Source: a virus. Taken from it: a stretch of 64,000 nt of DNA. The notes below the pieces were generated by a model. The model was not told the DNA's origin, searched no databases, and was given only the letters and a program-made list of their open reading frames with translations. Shown here one piece after another: positions 58,209-64,000 of the stretch (position 1 is its first letter; each line of letters starts with the position of its first letter). The stretch covers positions 22,109 to 86,108 of IMG/VR virus record IMGVR_UViG_3300024265_000039. The stretch is one strand, 5' to 3'. A program made the position numbers and the translations under genes.

Positions 58209-58850
58209 TTAAAGTGGGCTTTCGCTGGACTTCTTCGAACCGACAGGACGCGGGTAAACATGAACGACCACCCACTCCCCATTCTGTTTTTCCATTTGGA
58301 CGGGAATGGGTGGTGACCAGGAGTCAATGTCGTCCTTTTCCATTGCTTCCATATCGGAGCGATAACCAGCACTCGCAAAGAGATGGAATTCGCCCAGATG
58401 GACGTGAACTTTAGTTTCCGTAGAAGTGAGACAAACCCAGAAGATCGGCACGTCATCATCGGTTTTTTGGATCATCATGCTAGTAATCTGGGTATCCACA
58501 GGAGGGTTGTCGATTATACTATCTTCATCCTCGTGTTCGTGATAGCTCTCGTCATACCCCCAATCGGCATCGGTTACACGCTTCTGCAACATGGGCGTTT
58601 CCGGTAAACGCCAGGTCTCGATAGGGCGCTCACGGAAAGCAGCGACGGCCCGCAGGCAGGTAACCTCATCCACAGGCGTGATGCTGTAAATGGCACTAGC
58701 CGAATAGAATTTGGTGAATGCTTCGATGGAATCGGTTTTGGGGACATCGACACGCAGAAAAACGTTCCCGCCGATTTCTTGCTCAGTAACCTTCCCGGCG
58801 ATACGGGCGTGTCCCATCAATGCGATAATACAATGTTGCTCAAAAGACAT
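58209..58850 (-). CDS. Two-domain hypothetical phage protein
   Basis: LMGHARIAGKVTEQ...LRVDVP...SAIYSITP N-terminal domain. Confidence 0.65.
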   Translation of the reverse strand: MSFEQHCIIALMGHARIAGKVTEQEIGGNVFLRVDVPKTDSIEAFTKFYSASAIYSITPVDEVTCLRAVAAFRERPIETWRLPETPMLQKRVTDADWGYDESYHEHEDEDSIIDNPPVDTQITSMMIQKTDDDVPIFWVCLTSTETKVHVHLGEFHLFASAGYRSDMEAMEKDDIDSWSPPIPVQMEKQNGEWVVVHVYPRPVGSKKSSESPL

Positions 58851-58960
58851 GTGCCTGTCCTCTCGTTATATTTTACGCTTAATAAAATTATATCATAAAA
58901 ACGGAAAAAGATAGAGCCCCAGTGGAAGGGGCGTTATTGCAAGGAATTACGACGAGGGAT

Positions 58961-59842
58961 TTAGGCCGGATCAGGGATCGGGTCGCGGTAGGCGTATACC
59001 CGGTAAACCTCCCCTGTTTGCTCGGAAAGAAGTTCACGCAATTGACTGATGATTTCCCTGGCCGTGCCGGTCAGGGACGCAACCCGCTCCCCACTACGCG
59101 CCGAACGGATATGCTCGTGCTGCCGGGCTATCCGTTCGATCTTAGCAGTATTTGCCAGGGCGATAGCATCATTCTGGCTGGCGTCTTTCAGGGGGATTGA
59201 AAATTCGGTGACCGGGTTAAAGATCGTACCGGAGCGAACAACACCTTCAAACTCATCCGGGGCTTCGCGCTCCAAAACACACAACGCCTCCACAACTGGG
59301 GCGGAAGGGCAGTGGGCTTTTACCAGGGCCGTGACACTATCGGAAGCATTGTGGCTGTCGAGCGCCCCTGTCAATTCGGTTGCCGCGATCAGGGTCATCT
59401 CTCCGTCGCGCACCTTTTCCCCCAGGTCTGGATGGGTCTCATACAAGACTACCAGCGAACGAGCATGAGCGGCCTTTACCCGCATACCCTGCCTGGATAA
59501 GGCGATGGCGGTATCAATCGCCCGTTCATCCGCCCCACTTCGACACAATTCAAATACCGATGTCAGACTCAGACCATCCAGATCGGCCAACAGATCAAGC
59601 CGGTCTCCCATTGACCGCGCCAGTTCCATGTCGCGCTGCGCAGTACGAACACTACCATACCCCGCACGCCCATGTTCAACCATCCATTTCAGCCAACTGC
59701 CATGCGGGAATAATCCCTTCATCTCAATCAGGGCCAACCCTGATCCTATCCGCAACCGAATGGTTTTCCGGGCGTTCTCCCGTAACATCTCCAATAGCTC
59801 CAACAGCCTTGCCCAATCAGTTTCATTCTGTATTCCCAACAT
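58961..59842 (-). CDS. DUF3102-like protein
   Basis: IG..LIEMK..FPHGSWLKW.....SVRTAQRDMELA. Confidence 0.7.
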   Translation of the reverse strand: MLGIQNETDWARLLELLEMLRENARKTIRLRIGSGLALIEMKGLFPHGSWLKWMVEHGRAGYGSVRTAQRDMELARSMGDRLDLLADLDGLSLTSVFELCRSGADERAIDTAIALSRQGMRVKAAHARSLVVLYETHPDLGEKVRDGEMTLIAATELTGALDSHNASDSVTALVKAHCPSAPVVEALCVLEREAPDEFEGVVRSGTIFNPVTEFSIPLKDASQNDAIALANTAKIERIARQHEHIRSARSGERVASLTGTAREIISQLRELLSEQTGEVYRVYAYRDPIPDPA

Positions 59843-59924
59843 AGTCGCCTCCTAGAATTCAATCATCATCCGCAGCATAAGGGATAGCCGGTTTCGCTGG
59901 CAAGCCGCACCTATGCTTCAACAA

Positions 59925-60332
59925 TTATTCAACCTTGTCCGGCCATGTGCCCGGCCCGGCCTGTAGTTCTTCCGCCAACGCCAATCCCTTCCGGGTAACG
60001 TCATAACGCAAGCGCGGAACTATCCTTCCGCCTTTATCACGCCGGTGCTGCCAGTTCTGGGGTTTATACAAATACCCGGCCTGGCGTAACACAGTCACTG
60101 CCTTGTGCAACTGGGGAGCATGGGCGAACGCCTTCACATAAATCATATCCAGCCCTAACTCGCGCCAGCAGTGATCTAACAGATTCACTCCAGTATCATC
60201 CTTCCCCAGCAAAGTGTTCTGCCCAGGAGGGAACCCTTTGCTCTTGGCGGTCTCCCGCGCTATGACCATTAAGGCCACCCACGCTCGACAGGTATGTTTG
60301 TCGGGGATTCGGCGCATTTCATCTACGTTCAT
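59925..60332 (-). CDS. Winged-helix-like protein
   Basis: VLRQAGYL...YDVTRKGLALA. Confidence 0.5.
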   Translation of the reverse strand: MNVDEMRRIPDKHTCRAWVALMVIARETAKSKGFPPGQNTLLGKDDTGVNLLDHCWRELGLDMIYVKAFAHAPQLHKAVTVLRQAGYLYKPQNWQHRRDKGGRIVPRLRYDVTRKGLALAEELQAGPGTWPDKVE

Positions 60333-60538
60333 TCGGATTGTTCCTCTCTCTCATCTCTTACCGCGTTATGCCAGTCTCTCACCTTTCGGCGGATCATCTC
60401 TAGCTCTTCCAGGCAACGCATGGACTCAAACTCCGTCCGGTACAGGCGGAATGAAACAATCGTTGCCTTCGCCTGTATCAGTACCTTTTCCAACCATAGA
60501 AGTTCTGCTTCGGTGAATTCATCCTGATGCTCACACAT
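60329..60538 (-). CDS. Small helical protein
   Basis: 69 aa with RBS. Confidence 0.45.
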   Translation of the reverse strand: MCEHQDEFTEAELLWLEKVLIQAKATIVSFRLYRTEFESMRCLEELEMIRRKVRDWHNAVRDEREEQSE

Positions 60539-60589
60539 GCCATTCTCCCGCTCTTCTGCCGTCTTTGACTATCTTCCCATTATGCATCA

Positions 60590-60931
60590 TTATTTAAAGT
60601 CATAAAATCCCATCGTCGAGCATTCTGGGTCAGGCGAAAACCACGCATTGCGATTTTCGATCCAATACCGACCATCCTCAGCCGGTTCAGGTAACGGTTC
60701 AAACACGGTACCGCCAATCACAGAGCCGGTTATGATCGTATCGTGGTAATGTGGAGCTAGCCCATAATCAAACTGGGCCGCATATTCATAAACATCCTGA
60801 TATTCCCAAAAGCATGTTTGACAGCACTCCTGGCCGACATCACCAAATGTATCACCCCCGCCAGTGAGCAATGTTCCGCAAAAATAACATTCTAGTTGGA
60901 TTCGATTGAACATCCTCACATCCTCCATCAC
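60590..60931 (-). CDS. Cys-containing hypothetical protein
   Basis: CYFC...CQTC. Confidence 0.5.
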   Translation of the reverse strand: MMEDVRMFNRIQLECYFCGTLLTGGGDTFGDVGQECCQTCFWEYQDVYEYAAQFDYGLAPHYHDTIITGSVIGGTVFEPLPEPAEDGRYWIENRNAWFSPDPECSTMGFYDFK

Positions 60932-61188
60932 TTATCATCCCCAACGGCGGGGGTGTTGTCCATAGCCATTGGAATAAATGAGCATAATATATCATCACTT
61001 GTCGGCTGAAAACCCAAACTGATCATAGACAACCGCACATCGTCATCTGTACACCAAAAACCCTGTCCGGCTTCTTGAAATCGGTCTCGAATAGCCCGCA
61101 CTGTGCGCTTATGGAGCAACATTCCATCAATAAGGAACAAATTGTCCCTGACCCAATTTTGAAATATTGTTCTCTGCCTATCATTCAT
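60928..61188 (-). CDS. Hypothetical protein
   Basis: 86 aa, coupled start. Confidence 0.5.
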   Translation of the reverse strand: MNDRQRTIFQNWVRDNLFLIDGMLLHKRTVRAIRDRFQEAGQGFWCTDDDVRLSMISLGFQPTSDDILCSFIPMAMDNTPAVGDDK

Positions 61189-61469
61189 CCTTCAGCCCTT
61201 TCTTCTGCCATCGCATCATTCGCACTTTCTTGTCCTACTTCGCATTGCTTTTCTGTCGAAAAAACAAAATGGGAATCATGGCGCGATTCAATGAGCATGA
61301 CGGTTGCTTGTGCGTTCTCGTAGCCACTAGCATCACAAGTATCCCTGCACCACTTTTTGGCCCTACTCAATAATCGTGTTTCAAGCATTGAGCCGTCCGG
61401 GTTTTCAATGCTCCTATCGTCATTATTCCATTCATCTGTCCAGCATTCATAATATGGATACCGTGCCAT
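61185..61469 (-). CDS. Hypothetical protein, first gene of the leftward early unit
   Basis: GGAG RBS, promoter upstream. Confidence 0.55.
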   Translation of the reverse strand: MARYPYYECWTDEWNNDDRSIENPDGSMLETRLLSRAKKWCRDTCDASGYENAQATVMLIESRHDSHFVFSTEKQCEVGQESANDAMAEERAEG

Positions 61470-61503
61470 CTCAACTCCGTTCTTTTGCTGTCCTTATCTC
61501 CCT

Positions 61504-61568
61504 ATTATATAACCTTTTGGGCATAATGCAATAACGGGCTTGCGTTTTATAATCTTTCGTAGTAAAAT
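61504..61568. promoter_or_regulatory. Divergent sigma70-type promoters
   Basis: Minus strand TTGCAT-16 nt-TATAAT; plus strand TTGCGT-17 nt-TAAAAT. Confidence 0.65.
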
Positions 61569-61611
61569 TTATAAACAGACAAGTGAGCGTTTGAATGAGC
61601 AGGAGGAAACC

Positions 61612-62112
61612 ATGCCATTTTTTATCGTAGTGGGAAGCTGTTGGAAATTGATGCGGTATATCGCGTTATCGATCTTGGCACTGTTCTATGTTTTGGGTGA
61701 TGTAGCACTGATGGTGTTGCTGATCGTCCTCGTAGCGACATTGCGAACCGCCCTTGTAGCCTCACTGGTGTTTGCCTGGATACTATCTGGGAAACGCAAT
61801 GAGGCGGCTATGCGACGACTGGTGTTACAGGCAGCCGGTGTTCCCTTACCAGCGAAACCGGCGAACAAAAAACAATCGGCGAAACCAGTGATGCAGAAAC
61901 CGGCGAACAAAAAACTGGCTGGTGTGAGCAATCAACCGGTGGGGCAGGGCAAACCGAGTCTCCCTAAAAAGCAGCCGGTGATCCAGACCAAGCCAGTCGA
62001 GAGCGAACCGGAAATTTCCTTCCGGGGAACCGTCCAGCAAATGATCGATTTCACCCAGCGTCTATCGCAAGTTGCGCCGACAGTACCTCCCGCACCACAG
62101 CAATTGCTGTAG
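61612..62112 (+). CDS. Membrane protein with Pro/Lys-rich tail
   Basis: GGAGG RBS; hydrophobic N-terminal half; KPANKK repeats. Confidence 0.65.
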   Translation: MPFFIVVGSCWKLMRYIALSILALFYVLGDVALMVLLIVLVATLRTALVASLVFAWILSGKRNEAAMRRLVLQAAGVPLPAKPANKKQSAKPVMQKPANKKLAGVSNQPVGQGKPSLPKKQPVIQTKPVESEPEISFRGTVQQMIDFTQRLSQVAPTVPPAPQQLL

Positions 62113-62247
62113 AGAGGCGTTTCATGTATATCATCGCTCTTCGTATCGCCGCAGGCGTAGCGACCCTGCTTTCAAAACTCCCACGCCAGGGTTCGCGTTG
62201 GACGATTATCCGCGTTAATATCAAGCGCATGATTAAGGAGGGCCGAC

Positions 62248-62532
62248 ATGGATGAATTGTACCCTGATAAAAATGCACCATTTCGATTGCAAATGTTACA
62301 GTTATTTGCACCCACGAGATGGCGGCCTTCCTACAGGGTTGCCCTGGAATTCCCGGAAGAAGACCCCAAACGAATCCTGGAGTATCTACGTGCCCTTGTC
62401 ATTGTAGGGCTACTGGAAAAGGGAGGAGAGCGATCAGACGCCCGGTATCTGCTCACGGATGTCGGGGTAGTCGTGAAAGAAATGCTCACCGTTAAGCATC
62501 TAAAAGACATCGATCCCGACTACGAAGAATAA
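62248..62532 (+). CDS. Winged-helix protein
   Basis: AAGGAGG RBS; YLRALVIVGLLE...RYLLTDVG. Confidence 0.65.
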   Translation: MDELYPDKNAPFRLQMLQLFAPTRWRPSYRVALEFPEEDPKRILEYLRALVIVGLLEKGGERSDARYLLTDVGVVVKEMLTVKHLKDIDPDYEE

Positions 62533-62651
62533 CAAAGCTATAACGAACTTCATACGCGAATTGCAACCTACAAACCCTGCAATTCGCGTATAATGGAGGA
62601 ACCAGCCAGATTTAACTTTCATCTTATCGCGGATAGGAAGGCCATAAACTT

Positions 62652-63035
62652 TTGAACCCTTCGCCCCCAGTAACCTTATCATTACCCCTACCAGTTTCGG
62701 TAAACCACATGTACCGGTTCAATCGGAGGAGTGGGCAACTCTACAAAGTGCCAGAGGCAAAACGCTACGCCAATAATGCGCGGTATTTAGCCCTCAGCCA
62801 GGGAGCGGTTGTAATCCAGGGGAACGTGCGGGTTACCATCCATATCTATCGCAAGCGAAAAACCGGCGATCTGGACAATAAGTTGAAATTGGTACTGGAT
62901 GCGTTGGAAGGGGTCGTTTACGAAAATGATAAACAGGTTGTCGAGCTACACGCATATCTGCTCGACGACAAGGACAACCCCAGAGTTGAGGTAGCTGTAA
63001 ACCAAATTCCCCCCAGTCCCCCCGAAAACACATAG
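62652..63035 (+). CDS. rusA: RusA-family Holliday junction resolvase
   Basis: LPLPVSVN, DLDNKLKLVLDAL, YENDKQV, NPRVEV. Confidence 0.92.
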   Translation: MNPSPPVTLSLPLPVSVNHMYRFNRRSGQLYKVPEAKRYANNARYLALSQGAVVIQGNVRVTIHIYRKRKTGDLDNKLKLVLDALEGVVYENDKQVVELHAYLLDDKDNPRVEVAVNQIPPSPPENT

Positions 63036-63349
63036 CAGGGGAGGGCGCACGCGAGTTCCGGCAACGCTCCATAAAAAAGCGGGCCCGCACTCGAACCGGT
63101 AAGGCTGTTTACATTGTAGGAGAAACCGGTTAAGATAGTAAGGCATCATTAAAACAGAAAACGGCGCTGCTTGTTTTTCCCGCAACCCGCGCCGCTCTCG
63201 AAAGAGAAATAGCTCCAAATCCGTAAAACGGATCAGGGCCATCACTGTTTTAGTTATGCTCATCAGTATACCACAAAACCATTGAGAACCAGGGGTAAAT
63301 GCCCTTAAAAAATGAAACGACGGCCAATAGCAACGAAAAGGTGAGAATT

Positions 63350-64000
63350 ATGACCACAAATAAATATGTACCCAACTCATTTCAAACCCCCAACGTGATC
63401 ATTGATCGGTTCATGCACCTGTTGACCAACCCAGAATTAAGAGTGCTCATGTTTATGATTCGCCATATCCTCGGCTGGCATGATCGAGTCGAATCAAAGC
63501 GTGGGTGCATCCCGCAAAGCTGGTTCACCGACGGGGTTGATATGACCAATAAAAACGGGGAGACCACCCATTACGACGGCTGTGGAATCTCCAATATCAA
63601 AGTGGTCAGAAAAGCACTGGGAAGTCTGCGCGAACTAGGGTTTATTGACACGGTAGATGAAAAAGGGAACCCCAAAAAAGACGACCAAGGGGAGCCAAGT
63701 GAGATCAAAGGGCCATATTGGGAATTATCATTTCTGCTCCCAGACGGAGAAATCCAGGAACAATCCTTACTTAACCGTCAGGCTGCAAAACAAAAAGCGG
63801 CTCAACTCAAAGCCGCAAATATGCGGTCGCATCGAAAGCTAGTCCTCGAACCAACACCCTTTCCAGAGGAAGGGCAGGCAGGCTATACCATAACCCCCAC
63901 CGGTAGGCTATCCCATAACCCCCCAAGCGGTGACGAAGAGGTAGGTTGTCCCATACCCCCCTCCATAGGTTATCCCATAACCCCCTCCCCGGCAGACTCT
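63350..64000 (+). CDS. Phage replication initiator (lambda O-like N-terminus), truncated at window edge
   Basis: Translated by hand: MTTNKYVPNSFQTPNVIIDRFMHLLTNPELRVLMFMIRHILGW...ALGSLRELGFI. Confidence 0.75.
   Translation, partial: MTTNKYVPNSFQTPNVIIDRFMHLLTNPELRVLMFMIRHILGWHDRVESKRGCIPQSWFTDGVDMTNKNGETTHYDGCGISNIKVVRKALGSLRELGFIDTVDEKGNPKKDDQGEPSEIKGPYWELSFLLPDGEIQEQSLLNRQAAKQKAAQLKAANMRSHRKLVLEPTPFPEEGQAGYTITPTGRLSHNPPSGDEEVGCPIPPSIGYPITPSPADS
63880..63985 (+). repeat. Iteron-like repeats, putative replication origin
   Basis: Four copies of ~TAGGYTATCCCATAACCCCC inside the initiator gene. Confidence 0.75.

Noticed and set aside
1-64000. Genome-wide TGA reassignment (alternative genetic code)
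   Set aside because: Many genes end in TGA with ATGA start-stop overlaps; only one in-frame TGA was found

Overview
The window is about 64 kb of a tailed dsDNA bacteriophage or prophage, probably siphovirus-like. No integrase, endolysin or host housekeeping genes are visible, so lifestyle and host cannot be fixed; a Chloroflexota host is only a weak guess from protein style. From 43.6 kb down to base 1, the minus strand carries the packaging, head and tail genes. These include terS/terL, a portal fused to a 2H phosphoesterase, and a protease-scaffold-major capsid polyprotein, followed by neck, major tail, frameshifted tail chaperones, tape measure and tail-tip genes. Two inserted blocks interrupt this region (14.1-21.1 kb and 30.2-32.8 kb). 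From 43.7 to 61.5 kb the minus strand carries early/accessory genes (vWA, MazG, DNA methylase, SF2 helicase, ASCH, a tRNA-like gene). Beyond 61.5 kb the plus strand carries RusA and a lambda O-like replication initiator with iterons. Four observations stand out. (1) A dispersed family of strongly basic helical modules in the head region shares a hydrophobic-R-A-hydrophobic-K motif with the capsid polyprotein junction, suggesting protease-matured capsid cargo, including a swappable cassette slot. (2) A ~440-nt multi-hairpin non-coding RNA lies between terminase and portal. (3) The portal carries a 2H (Acb1-like) domain. (4) Recoding signals recur: three -1 slippery sites and an in-frame TGA followed by a SECIS-like hairpin. 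All functional calls come from motif recognition by eye; no database searches were run.
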